From contig ML978121.1 of NCBI GenBank assembly GCA_010015805.1, forward strand, positions 2,666,001-2,730,000: DNA of 64,000 nucleotides, written 5' to 3'. The notes under the pieces were generated by a model that had not been told where the DNA came from, did not search any database, and saw only the letters and a list, made by a program, of their open reading frames with translations. Shown in pieces: positions 46,245 to 59,644 of the stretch. A program made the translations under genes and the position numbers. The stretch comes from Rhizodiscina lignyota (lineage: Eukaryota). The first letter of the stretch is position 1, and every line of letters begins with the position of its first letter.

Positions 46245-47082
46245 GTTGCCGGAGTTGAAGAAGGACGATGCGTGCGCAAGGCCGCTGTTGAGAAGATATG
46301 GGGAGAAGAGGGAGTGTGCTCGGCCATTCAAAGTGTGCCAGCCGGTGTAGAGGCTAGCGCATTTCGGCAGGCTCCAAAGGTGGTGCTTAGGAGCGAGGTG
46401 ATGAACAATGAAATAAGAAAGGAGGTTGTACAAGCGCTGAGGTAGATGCAGGGAATGATGAGGGGAGAGGTTGTCAACGGAGTCGAAAAGTGAAGCACGA
46501 GCCCCGGGAGCTGGAGGCGCGAGGTGTGGCGTTGATCACGTGCAATGATCGATCTCTTTCACGTGGTGACGCAGGATGTGTGAACAGGCGAGCTAAACAG
46601 AGATAGAAGGGAAATGGATGGTTCGTGGTGGTGGTGCAGATCAATATCACGCGCTCACACCATGTAAATGTCACGATAAACGCGGTTCCGACGTGATTTC
46701 TTTTGCTGCATGTGCTGGTGCAGTATCGCTTGGAGGATGTTTAGCAGCGCGCCATGACGCAGTTTTGCGGAGATCGAGACGCCTCGCTAGCAGGGGCAGG
46801 GAACATGTAGGCCAACTTCTTTCCCGCATCAAGCTCGTAAACCTGCCCCAAAACACGCCTCTGAATTCACCACTCGGGCTGTCCTCAGCTTCTACGTCCT
46901 TTCTGCTGCCTTTGGCTCCCTTCAATTCCCCAACTATCTTTTCCACATCCTCTGTTCCCTAGAAACCGCACTGGACTCGACATCTGGTCAAAATCTGCCG
47001 AGCTTAGTCTCGAGCTTCCACAGAGCGGAGTTGCTGCTGATACGCTACCTCTAGAGGCACTCCAGCGTCCCTCAGCCTCACA

Positions 47083-50000
47083 ATGGGTGCAGAACCTAAT
47101 GGCAGAGCGGTCAAGGGCAAGAAAGAACCAAATGGCTCTATTGATGGCACTTCAGAACGAAGAAGTAGGAGGAGAAGCAGAAAAAATCGGTCAGGCTTGA
47201 GTGCTTGGCTACTCAGCGTTACTGCAAGGTAAGACATACCACTAGGGTATTGGAGAGAATGACTACTAACGTGTCATAATACTCTAGACTAGTCATATGG
47301 TATTGCATAATAACCTCTCTCTTCTTCTGCCCGCAGTCGCTCTCAAACCTCGACCAGGATTCTCCAGCCATCTGCAAGCCTTATCTCCAGGCTCGCTCCT
47401 ACCTCGCACCATACATCGACCCTTACTACGAGACCTATGTTGCACCATACGCGAAGCAAGCAGAACCCTACGTGAATCAGTTCAACACGCAGATTTATAC
47501 TCCCGCAGCCGCTGTCTCCAAAAAGTACTACGGCTTGTATGCTGCGCCAAGCATCGACAAGGTGTACAAGTACGCAGACGACGAGTGGGAAAAGAGCGTG
47601 CAGCCGTACCTTCTGGACGTACAGAAGCAAGCACAGAAGCTGTACGAACAACAAGTAGCTCCCTACGCAAAGGCGGCTACGGACAACATCTCTCCGTACT
47701 ACCAGCAAACATCGGAGACTTTACAAGGTGCATACAAGGAACAGCTAATACCCGCATATGATGCTGCAAAACCATACGCTGGGCAAGCATGGGATCAAGG
47801 ACATCATCTAGTAGTTCACGTCGTCTTCCCTTATGTTCGTTGGGCAGAAAAGGAGAGCCGTCTATTTCTCAGCCGTCAGGTCTGGCCAAAGCTACGGGTA
47901 TTATATGGAGAGAATGTGGAGCCTCAGCTTGTCCGCATCAGTGAGCGGCTGGGACGGTACAAGGACGGCAAGAAGCTGGAAGCAGCCATCGAATCTATCG
48001 ACAGCTTGTCGGCTTCAGGTACCATTCCTCCTTCTGCTGCCTCGTCGATGGCCTCATCAATCTCCGAATCGCCTTACCCTTCCCAGTCTTCTACAGGAAC
48101 TCAAGCTTCGGCTTCAAGTACACCAGCTACGGAAGCTGAAGTCCGCGAGAAGATTGCATCAGACCTCAAGACCTGGCAAGAAAAATTCGCCAAGGCCGCC
48201 GATAAGGGTGCTGAAGACCTTGAAGAACGTGTCAAGGAAATTATCGATCGCCAAATCGATCATCAAGCTAATGGTGTAGGCAAGGCGCTGGTGATTCAGT
48301 TGGAAGAGACAGTCAATTCCAAGCTCAAGAGTGTCAAAAACAAAATCAATGCTGCAGTTAAAGGCCTACCTGAAGAGGCCAAAGATAAGGACATCAAGAC
48401 AGTTCACGATGCCATCGTCAAAGACATCCGTGAAGCTGGCCGAGCCATCCGTGAGAAGGCTCAGGCGGTGCGAAGCTGGAAGCAGAATTACGATCAGGAG
48501 ACATATTCGCTCGTCAAGGCTGCCTCAGATTCCACGCTCGACGTCATCGACAATATCCGCGACTTGGGGTTGCAAGAGATTGGCATGCGCTGGGCATGGA
48601 TGGAGGGTGTAACATACAAGGACTGGAGCAAGTACCACGCGCTGAAGAAGACATTCGACGAGTGGCGTGATGAGGTCGAGAGCGTCGCAATGGAGCACAA
48701 AGGCCTTGCAGAAGCAAAGAAAGAAGGCGATGCTATTGAAGATAAGGGTATGAGCATTGCAGAAGAGGTGGCAAAGGAACTAGCGAGGCTCAAAGACGTC
48801 GCGAAGTGGAAGCTTCAGGCGGGCGATGCCACGGAAGATTTCAGGAGCAGAAAACTACCCGCCGCAGCAGTCAAGGCTGCTCAGCAGGTCATAGAAAAGG
48901 TCGTCCCTGGAGGATCATCTTCATCGTCTCAAGGATCGTCTGCTTCGGAGAGCGTGGTGAACAGTTTGAGCTCACTTCTATCTGCTCAGCGCGCGAAAGC
49001 GTCCAAAAAGGCAGGGCAAGCTTCCGAAGAGGCGAAGTTTGCGGCTTCTAGTGTACCAGGATCTGTGGAAAATCTTGCGTCTCCGTCCGTCGAATCGGTG
49101 CTAGAGGAAGCCTCATCTTCCGCCTCATCTGGCTTATCTAGCGCTTCCTCAAATGCAAAGGAGGGAGTGTCTAGTGCATCCAGTATTGTGGCAGGATCCG
49201 AGCCTGGCGAGGGCGAAAAAGCTGCATCCAAAGCATCAGAGGCCATACTCGGATCACAAAACGTTGCGGATAGCCTGTCTTCAAAAGCAAGCGCGAACGC
49301 GAAATCCGCATCCTCCAAAGCCGACACTATTCTTTCCGCTCCAAAGTTCAAGTCAGACCAGATTCCTATCAACATCAAAGGCTCCCCTGCTCCACCGGCA
49401 GAAGAGGCGTCTTCATCGCTTAGCAGCGCTGCATCAGCAGCATCCGAGAATCTGGCTGAAGGCGCTTCTTCTGCGTCTTCATCAGCAAAGAAGGTCGTGG
49501 GTGGAGTCTCTGCTGGTTTCGTTGCGGCTACCCAAGCTCCCATACTCGACGACGTTCTCCAGGACGATGACATGACGGTTCAAGAGAAGCTGAAGGGCTT
49601 CGTCGATATTGCATCAAACGAGGTGGCGCGCTTGAGTGAGATCATGGCTCAAGCTGTGAAGCCTACGCCTACTCAGGGAACAGTTGAGAGTATGACAAGC
49701 GTTGCGAGTGAACAGTGGAGCAGTGCGATGAGCGCAGCGTTGGGTGCGCTGTATGCGCCTCATCAAGAGTCGTCTCTAGGACAGGGAATCGAAGAGAGAT
49801 ATTCAAAGGCTATCACCGCGTAAGTCAACGCAGCAGAGGACCCCGCGTTTCGACTTCTCTTACTAACTAAAGAATTCAAACAGAGCTTCGCACGCTATCT
49901 ACGGCACGCCTCCACCTCTCACAGCATCTCTGGCTTCCGAAGCCTCTTCTCGCTATGTCATGGCAACTAGCATGGCTGCTGAGCAGTATGAGATTGCGAG

Positions 50001-51748
50001 GTCCCGTTTGTCGGAACAAATCCATGGCGAGTCGAAGCCAGTGCACGAGGAAATGCTGTCAAGCATCGAGAGCGCATATTCTGGGTCACTGGCACAAGCG
50101 AGTAAGAAGCTGAACGAAGCACTGAAGATTACGGACAGTGTTATGAATGCCGTATACCCCACGCAAGGCCCGCTGGAGAGCATCAGCAGCATGGCGAGCG
50201 CGAAGTTGTCGGAGGGGCTGGCAGAGGCGAGCAAGCAGTAAGTCTTTGGAAATGCTATCGAACTACTCTTATTACCTGTTAACACAGCTCGGTAGATACA
50301 CATCCGCAAAAGTTGCCCTCCACCTCCAGCCTCCCTCTAAGCAGGATCAATACTTCTCTGCTGCGCAAGCGCAATATTACCAAGCGCTTGGCTATGCCCA
50401 CGATCAATACTCCGGTTTCATCTCTACCGCTTCAAGCGCTGCTTACGGCACTCCTACACCTGCCTACGAATCTCTCATGTCTGCGGCACAAGGGCAATAC
50501 TCGTCCGCCACCTCTGCTGCGGGCGCTTTCATCGACGATCTGTACAGCACTGCGAAGTCTGCTGCGGGCGCAGAGCCGACGAGCGAAGGTATTATAGACT
50601 CGGCGATAAGCCAATACGACAGCGCGATGTCTGCCGCGAGCGCGAATCTCGCTGCGGCGTCAAGCTCTGCCAGCGTAGCGTTCTACGGCTCGTCCACCGG
50701 CATGGTCGAATCTCTTGCCTCCGCAGTATCCGAAAACGCAGAATCGGTCGCAAGCATTGCATCATCTGGTGTTTACGGTCGCGAGACGCCGTGGGCAGAG
50801 TCCGTCGCACACCAGGCTAGTGCGAACTGGGAAGATCTTGTTTCAAGAGTTTCGAATCAGGTATACCAGACGACAGCGTGGCACGAAGCGGCGTGGTCGA
50901 CAGTGGGGTCGTATGGTGCGCAGGTCACAGATGCCGCGAGCAGTCACTATTCATCAGTTTCAGCACTGGTGTCAGAGCTCGTGGCAGGCAAGGAGCCGGA
51001 TTTCACTGAGAGCGTCATGCTTCGCCTGAGCAGCGCCTACGCGACCGGCTTCGGCATCCCAGAAATGGCCGCCAGCGCATCGAGCGTGGCCAGCGAAGCG
51101 TATGAATCGGCGTCGAGTGTAGTTGCCAGTGTCTTCACACCGCCCGCAACCCTTGAGAACGTCTTTGAAGCTGCAAGTGAGCAGTTCAATTCTGCAGTCG
51201 CAGCAGCTTCCATTCAGGTATACGGTTCGGAGAAGGGTACGTTCGAAAAGGCTACGTCCGCTGCTGCTGAGGCGGCAGAGTCAGTCGCGAGTCAGGCCAG
51301 CGACGCTGTCTATGGAACGCAGCCAAGTTACGTCGAGCAGGCACAATCACAATTAGACAATGCTGCCAGCTCTGCCCGAGACGCGATCTCAGTTGCATTC
51401 TATGGCACCCCGACCGGCACTTTCGCCGCCGCAACGTCCGCAGCTGACGAAAGATACTCATCGTTATTGTCGGCCGCTAGCGTAAGTCTTGCGGCTGCAG
51501 GCAGCCAAGCGAGTTCGGTATACGAGGATGCGACCGCGAGCGTAAGCAGCATGGTATATGGCCCCGAGAAAGGTGCGTTCGAGAGCGCAACGAGTCGATT
51601 AGCTGAGGCGGTGGAGAGCGCGAGGGCGAAGATCGTGGAGAGGGGGTCGAGTGCGCAGAGCGTGGTCGCGGAGACGGTGGAACATGTCAGCGAGAAGATT
51701 GAGGAGATGACGAGTAAGGCGAGCAAAATGGTGAAGGATGAGTTGTGA
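47083..51748 (+). CDS. large type-II ER membrane/lumen protein (family often mis-annotated 'HoxA13'; possibly She10-related), ending in KDEL, 4 exons
   Basis: Introns 47229-47287, 49820-49883 and 50238-50295 keep frame; basic N-terminus, TM segment, CP..C loop, coiled coil, DLGLQEIGMRWAWMEGVTYKDWSKYH, Ala/Ser helical repeats, ..KDEL*. Confidence 0.88.
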
Positions 51749-54700
51749 GCGGTTACTGAAGGCTCCTTCACAAGAGACGAAGGAGCTGCAATGTAGCTGT
51801 ACTGCATCTCCAGCGAGTGGGATGCTTACGGGGCCGCGAGGAGCAAGCACGGATGCTACGAATGTACGAGGCACGAGGGGATAATGGCCGTCTTTTCCAG
51901 ACCTCTTTCATTTTGTATGTGTATACCCCATTCTTCGGCGTCGGCGAGGCACGTTTTGATATACAGTCGGTATGGCGCTCCTAGTAACCTAGTTGAGTCT
52001 TTATTTTCCTATGCTGTCAATTTACCACCACTCCGTACAGATCGTCGCGTAAGAACACATCTTTAACACTCATCAGTTCGCCTAGCGATCGCAATCTGAA
52101 GTTCTTTGAGTGAGCAAATTAGACTGTTCTTTGTTCGTGCACGTTAATGGCATCAGAAGTCTTCGTCCTGCCTGTACCTACAACTTGGAAGCCGCATGAG
52201 CAACTCAAGCTCTCAACTTGCTCCCTTTGCCATGCGACGTCTCACGCCGTGCTTTCTCTCGCACTCACTCGCCTCGCCTCTTTCAGTGCCTTCACCACTA
52301 CTCGCTTGGCTGCTCCACACGCATCCTCTCGCGGCCGCGTCACCTCTTCTTCGCAGATATACCTTCTGTTCGACCATACCATCCATCAAGACCATGGCGA
52401 TTTGCCAGAGCGACGTCGTGTCGTCAACGCTGTTCCGAGCAAATAAACGCAAAGCGGAGCGCTAAAGGCGTGGCACCGTGTAACCCGACAGCACGGCTCC
52501 TCTCGCCTATCCTCAATGCTGTGCAACGCCGCGTGGACATGACGTTCAAGCGCGTCTCGACCCAAGCAGGAGGAGCCGAAGACGTGGTTTCGCAGCATGA
52601 GGAGGACGTGGTACCGGCCGTCATCGGGTAGGCGCGCTGATAATTGAGTATACTATAAATTCTTTCAAGGTGCGGCTTTTCATGCGGTGTAAGTGAGAGG
52701 AAGATCTGATATGCCGAGCGAAGTGAGTTGAAACTTAGGAAAGGTCCGCAAGAAGCTCTCTTAAATATCGAATGTGTGCCCAACACTGAGTCGTTGAGAA
52801 GAAGTTATTCGTCCACCAACGATCATTCAGACGCTGAAAGTCCGCTCGAGAGCCCAGACTATCCTGTGTCCCTCGTGGCTGTTGAGATCTCAGCCTCTGG
52901 ACCTCGTCATGACTGACGAAATCGATGAGGCCGGTCTCTCTATCCCGAGCTGATTGGAATTTCGAGCGGGAAGCCGCATGATGAGCAAGATGGTCAATGT
53001 GATGCTGATTGTGGTCGCACAGTGATGACGGGCGTGATAGAGATCTGTCGTACAACAGCGCTAGGAGCCGAGAGACGAGCGTGCGGATCACGGGCGAGCC
53101 AAGATGATGGTAATTGCAAGAAACGTACGTTCTGTAGGATATCGCGTGCAAGTACTGCCCACTCGAGATCAGCGAAAATCTTTTGGTTGATTCGATTCAT
53201 TGTGCATTCTGCCCAGCACCTAGATGCCCAGTCGAGCGTCTTTATGCTCTTAGCTGGGTGCCTAGGTAGTTCTCATATGGTCAAATATTGAGTTCAAGAC
53301 GGTGCGGCGTGTCATACTGTAGTGATTTGGAGTTGAGCAAAAAATGAAGCTTGTGTCCGCCCGCTGACTATGAAGATTTCATTTGGCCACTGAAGAGTTG
53401 CTAGCTTGCGCTGTCGCAGACGCGATCAATCACCGAAAGACCCCTCCCGTTTATGCCTTCATCGATTACGTCTCCCTTGGATCATCAATACCTGTCTATA
53501 CATCTCTACATCATCACAGGCATCCCATGACATGCTCTGATTCCCGAGATCCGTCTTCAAGGGAGCTACGATCCTGCCACGTCAGCACGAGAAGATCTGT
53601 CGAGTTCTTCCAAATCTTGCCAGTGTCTGGTGGATTAATGAACAACGAAACACATCCTGTTGTAGGTTACTGGACATAGAGAGGTGCTGTGTGTGACAGC
53701 ATTGGCTGCTGCTGCAGTGCAGCATGAATGTGGCGTCAATGACTCTGTGAAACAATGATATCGCGTGGACGTGCTCGCAATGCAGCGCTTATTTTTGGGT
53801 CCAATTGAGGAGACGAGGAAGGTTCGCAGGACGCCGCGTTAAACGTTCGCAGACAGCATGGCGTGGAGTTGAATGTTTACTGGGCAGAAGCGTAGAGCGC
53901 ATGATGGCGTAGACGCTTTGATGACGAGACGAGCGTCCAACGATAGTGTGGCATCGTCGCCGGTGTCTTCCTGTGATCATAACGTGCTCAGAACCAGAAT
54001 CCTCTCATGAAAGCGCGAAATTGGCAGAAAGATTGTATGCACGACGCGCAATTCGAGCGCATATCATTCGTCGCGCCTTTTGCATACAGCCTTCTCCACA
54101 GTCCGGAAATTGCAGGCGGAGTAACGTATCATGCCGAGCGTTGCGCAGAACTCCCAGACTCTTTACCTGCTCCAAATCTGGACGGAGGTATTGCGTATTG
54201 CGAATCTCTTGCAGCATTCATGCAAACCGGGGAGATTGTTAAGCTTTGCGTTCTCGACTGCTCGGTCAAAGCGTTTTCTGATAGAGCCGGATGATAGGCA
54301 AAATGGGTGCTCCTGCAAGCCGTCTGCCTAATTAGGAGGGGTAATGATAGATGACCAGATGCGTTTTCAAGTTGGGCCGGCTGGAGCATTCTGATTCACT
54401 CTGTCAAATTAGACTTCGGTGTACGGAATGCATAGCTCGAAGTTAGATGTCGTCGTCGGCGCGCTAGAATGATAGTTTAATGAGATGTGGAAAGCGAAAG
54501 GGACAAGTGCTTTGACTTTGAAGGCTTGACTCTCCACCGGTGATAATTCCATTACAAGAAACGGCGGAGTGATTCTACACCGCATCTACTCGGTGGAGGT
54601 CCCAATGGAGGAGTTGGCGCGGCCTGAGGCCGCAATTCGTGCGGCACACTGCATACTGCTGGAGCGAACTTGAAACTTACGAAGACTTGATGAGACATTC

Positions 54701-57700
54701 GTCTCATGTAATGCCTAGTCCATCAGATAGATTCTCAGGTGAGTATGCTCGGTTCTTCGGCCTTCGTCGCCGATATCACGAGCATCCGATGTGTTCATGT
54801 TGGCACTTTCGCCTTCGACCTGTCTCCCAGCTTGATGCCGACAAACGGCCCGGGTGTGCCGCACGAAACGGGCCGCAGCGTATCAATTGGACCCCACGCA
54901 CTCACGCACACCGTACATGCAAACTGAAGTCGATTGCGATTGCTCGTCGATAGTCGGTTTGTCTCCTCCGGACGTCCCATTCGAGCAAGATCAGACCATC
55001 AGACGCAGCCATTCGCACAAAGGAGCAAGCCCCTGGCTGCAGCAGGGGCTGGACGCTAGGACATGGGCAAGGGCGAGGGGCGGGAAAGCAAGGCATCCCC
55101 GTCTCGCCACGCAGCAGCCGGCAGTTGCACCTGCAAGCCACCACGATCGAGAAAATGCGCAGTCTGACTCGGGCCAGGCTGGAAATAAGGTGCACGGGCC
55201 AGGCACGTCGCAGCTGCAAGTGGGAAACGGAAACGGATGGGAGAATGCGCGCGACAGTCTCGAGAGCCAGTCCGCAAATGAGAGCGGAGTGCGCTTATGC
55301 ATGGCCGTTGAGGTTGCAAATGGTGTGAGCAGCCTCGTACGAAGAGGGGCCACTGGGAAATCAGGAGGTGGGCAGCCGATAGTGAGAGAGGGGTCGCGAA
55401 GCCTCGGTTACATAGCGCCGTCGGAAATGGCTTGAGTCTGATGGGCGAGAGTGTCGCGGTGTAGAGGCGGAAGTCGAGACGCGATGGTTGGGAGTGCGTA
55501 GGTACGCGCAATATTAACGAGGCGACCTGCGACGAACTATATATGTAGTGTTCGATGCGGAAAATTTCGAGGTACCTCGAGGGTTGTTCGGCTCGTGCCA
55601 GACCATGCTAGACTTCATGCTTCCCCATACTCGAGTCCACTCCTCCCGTTAGAAAATCCTCGAGGCTGCCTGGCTGCCGTGGAGGACCCTCAGGGCGCGG
55701 GCTGAAGGTGCGGGAAGCAAGGCTCCGAGCCCTTGAGGGTGACTTCAGAAAATTCAGCGAGAGGCTGCGAAGTGGCCGGAGAGAATCACAAGCCTCGCAA
55801 GGACCGCCGCCTTCCTCCACTTGCCGACTCCCTCCAGCTTCAGTACAGCAGACTGCCCACCCTCGAGGATGTATTTTCAGACGCCTTGGGGGTCTGGTGA
55901 TGATTGTGGAGGAAGCTGATGGGCCTGACATGCATCAGCATTGAATGTACGAAGTGGGTCCAGTTTTTGACAGGTCCAGGCCAGGGCTCGGAGAATACAA
56001 GGGCTCGCAAAACGGTGAACAGGGAGCTTATTGATGGGCCTGGCGAATTTGACAGTGGCGATCACTGGCGAGCGCAATGAACCTCGTATGCAGGAGTGCT
56101 GCCCATTCGTCACTCGCGCGTGTTTGTTTTGCTGAGAAATTGATCGCAAACGAGGCCATTGCGAAAATGGAATTCGCTCCGTCCGAATAAGGGCGAGCAA
56201 GCTGCAGCTCTGGAACTGGAATATGAGGCGGAGAGCCCGAAAACCTGCTGAGGGAAAAATGGGCCCGTATTTGCGTATTTGCCATGATTTTCATTGCAGT
56301 CGCGATCATTGATAATGTGGAGGGAGAGGCTGGGCGCGTACACTTGTAAAGATCGTCACATGGCAGCCCCATTGGGTTGTTCTTGCGGTGTGATTGCTGC
56401 ATTAGGAGAGCAGAGAATGCCAAAGCGTTAGGGCGCTCGTGTGATATCCCTTCCAGAGAGGCTGAGGCTTTGCACAAGCAGGGAGAAAGACAAGACGAAC
56501 AAGTCTCAATTCCTTGCCGCAGAGGACGCTTGCATGGCCGCCACGTGGAAGTCCCATAGCGCGCGGGTATGGCTTGCACAGGGCGCGACGAGCCGATCAC
56601 GACTCCATTGTGCTCCCTGTCGGCCGTTGAATTTCAGAATCCATGTCCGGTGCCATGTCGTTGTCTACCCTTGCCACTGCTGGGCTGTCACGGCCGCCTT
56701 CGAGAGTAAGAAGACTTAGCGCAAACGGTTTCTTTGCCAGGGAAAAGGCCTGGCTATAGCTCTCGATTCTCACCAGTAGGGTAAAAGAGAACGGGGCAGC
56801 AATAGGGCAGAGCTGCAGGCTGCCTCATTTCTGATCCCGATCAATACCACAGATGATATTACTCGAGCAATGTTTCCAGGTGTCGATCCGGCATCACTGG
56901 CTTCCGACTGCAGGATTTTCTATGATTGCTCGATGCAACACTCGTTGACGCGATGGTAGGACATGGCCGTAGCGATCGCGATCTGGAATTCTAGAGTCGC
57001 ACATGGCTTGTTTGCCAAGTGGTCGTACGCGCCCCAAACTCGAGATCGAGTCACCTAGCGGGAGTTTGCAGGAAAAAACTCCGCTGTGATGGCGAAGTGC
57101 AGAAGCAATTTCGCCGTAATCATGTGCACGTTCGATACTTTGTTGCACAAATCGCAACTGTCAGCATCGTATGTAACTTGTAATGAGTGACTCCGATTCG
57201 GGCAGTCATTCATGTCGCGCGGCGTCGCGTAGCAGTGTGGCTTTGCTTCTCCTGAAGAATATCGTCAGTTCGTCCATGGTTGTTTCAGAGCGGTGATTGG
57301 CGTGCATTCTGGAGGCGCTGAGGCTGTTCAAGCGCGTCTAGCTTGACTTTACGATAGAACTCCGAAGTTACTTTTTCACGATGGTGAAGAGCCTCCACCG
57401 GAGGAATTTCGAGCTGGTTGGTCATGAAACGCTAGTGGGTGATAGCAGGCAGTCCCTAGGACACACAGCTTCGCGTGGAAGATTCCGGCCATTAGCCGTC
57501 GATCGTACCTACAGCTGATTCTTACAGCTTAGCACACTGCTCTATACAGACATTGTGTGGCGGAAGTGAACGCTCCATTCGTAATGTTGACATTCGCGCA
57601 ACGTTATCCGCTTGGTGAAGAGTCAAGAAGATGTTGATAGTGCATAACAAGCGTCGCCAGAAGGGGAAATCGAGCGAAGGAAAAGAAAATGGTCGCGTCA

Positions 57701-59644
57701 CTCGCGTTGCCAATGCTATCTAGCAGCGGCGGCGACGTTCGAGCCTGAACCCATCTCGGGTATCAATGCTTCTGGTATGGTGTCTGGATCTCAAAGACGT
57801 GGTTGGATGCTGATCACAGCCGAAATTGAAGCGTGAACATGGACTGGCGCGACCACATCGGCATTTCCTTGACCCTCCGCTCCGCTGTGGTGATGCTCAC
57901 ACTGCTCACAGTCTACAGAGTGACATCCATCAGCCTCCTGCGCTTGAAGTGGATGGTGGAATCACTCGCATGAAGCGGGTCAATCATGCAAAGTCATCTG
58001 CAGAGTTTAGCAGCGCCTATCAGCGCTCTCCCAGTCTTGCCGGAGCGGTGGCGGGTCGATGAAGAAGCATCAGGATTACTCGACGTTACTGATGATGGAG
58101 TCGCGCAATGCGCAGTGGAGAGGGAATGGAGATGTCGCCATCCTGGCCGTTGGCGGACGAAGGCGGGAAGAAAGGAGGCCATCCACGCTGCCATTTGCAG
58201 ACAATGCGGGCTGTGCTAGAGCTGGAACCGTCCAGGCGGAACGGCGGAGGGCTGTCAAGGGAAAAAGCAATTTCGCATCACGATTAACTGGCGCTGTGCT
58301 ATGCTCCACGTGAAACGAGTGGCTTTGCGTGATCCAACGGCGCTGGCGCGTCGCACAGCGCTAGAGCTGAAGGAAGAAGCTCGTTAAGCAGCACACTTCT
58401 GACGCTTTGCCGGCGAGGCAAGAGAGCGCACTTGGTACGTAGCGCTCCAGCGACGAGGGCAGAAAGGGTGGGGCCAGCTGGAAAATTTCTAATCGCGACG
58501 GCGTTGGGCGTGGCGACGAGTGGAGGGAGACGGCTTCCGAGAATCATCCTAAGGCTGCAGCGCCGGTCACGGGACTCGCGGCTATTATTCGTGTTCGGCC
58601 CTGTAATTGTAATCCTCTCCCCTTCGCTGATCCGCCAGCGCAAACAACCTCTCGCTCGAGTCTCGCAGAGCATCACTGCCGTGCATCAACCACCGCTCGC
58701 CTCTGCTCTGCGCCTGAGTCTCGTCGCGCTCCCATTGACCACCCCGTCGGCGCGAAGCCGGCTGCCACGCGGCACCCCGGTACGTACACACCCTCCGCGA
58801 GCCAAACAATCTCGCCTCGACACAACGGTCTTGCACGCAGCGGCCACCGCCAAACCCTCGCTGCATCTGCCGTAAGCGGGGAGCCCTTGTCCGCCGGCGT
58901 CCATCCAACGCGCACTGCTGCCGCGGCCGAAGGGCAGGCTAGCACCCAGGGCCTAACAGGCATCGCAGAAGCACGCAACAGTGCCAACAGACAGGTGAGC
59001 AAGCGAGCCCATTCATCCCCCCATCACCCTCGCCCGGCAAGGATTCGCACAGCAGACAGGTCAACGTCGGCGGGGCTTGCATGCGCAGGCCGCATGCCTG
59101 ACACGACAAGGGCCGCTGAAAAGAGCGTTGGCCAGTAGGGCGTTGAGGCCAAGGGCGGGCCCAGCTCCACATACAGCTAGCACTCGCACGGCGACAGGGA
59201 ACAGAGGCTGTCAGCGGCGAGCGTTGGCGTGTTTTGAGTTTATTCCAGAGCGGGTCGAAGCTCTTCAGCTTGATACTCGCGCGCTGTCCTGCGTCCAGTG
59301 AGCGCGCTGCCGCGATATTATTGCTGGCCTGCCGGCCGTTGTTCCAGCTCTTTCATCCTCGCAGGCATTGTCCGCATATTCACCAGCATTCGCAACCCCA
59401 AACCCTTAATCCTTTCCCACCCCGCGCCGCCATCCTCCATTTGTTCGCGCAAGTTTCTTACGAGGATCAAGGAACAGCGGCCCTTTAACGCTCCACTGGG
59501 CCATCCTCACCACATCACCCATCGCAGACGCACGGCCGTTGAGTTGAGCCTAGCTTGCCTCGCCTGCTCAAGTCCCTGCAACCCCCGACACCTCAAGACG
59601 ACCTCGCCAAAGACCCGGAGGCAAGCTCTCACCTATTCATAATA

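Noticed and set aside
46245..46433. 63-aa N-terminal extension of Doa10 in the ORF track
   Set aside because: It starts at a non-ATG codon in pyrimidine-rich leader sequence; the first ATG is at 46244
52978..53050. C, D' and C'-like boxes
   Set aside because: The terminal D box (CTGA) is missing
52147..59600. Many 60-190 aa ORFs in the desert
   Set aside because: Arg/Ser/Cys-rich random composition, mostly non-ATG starts, and no splice-supported model
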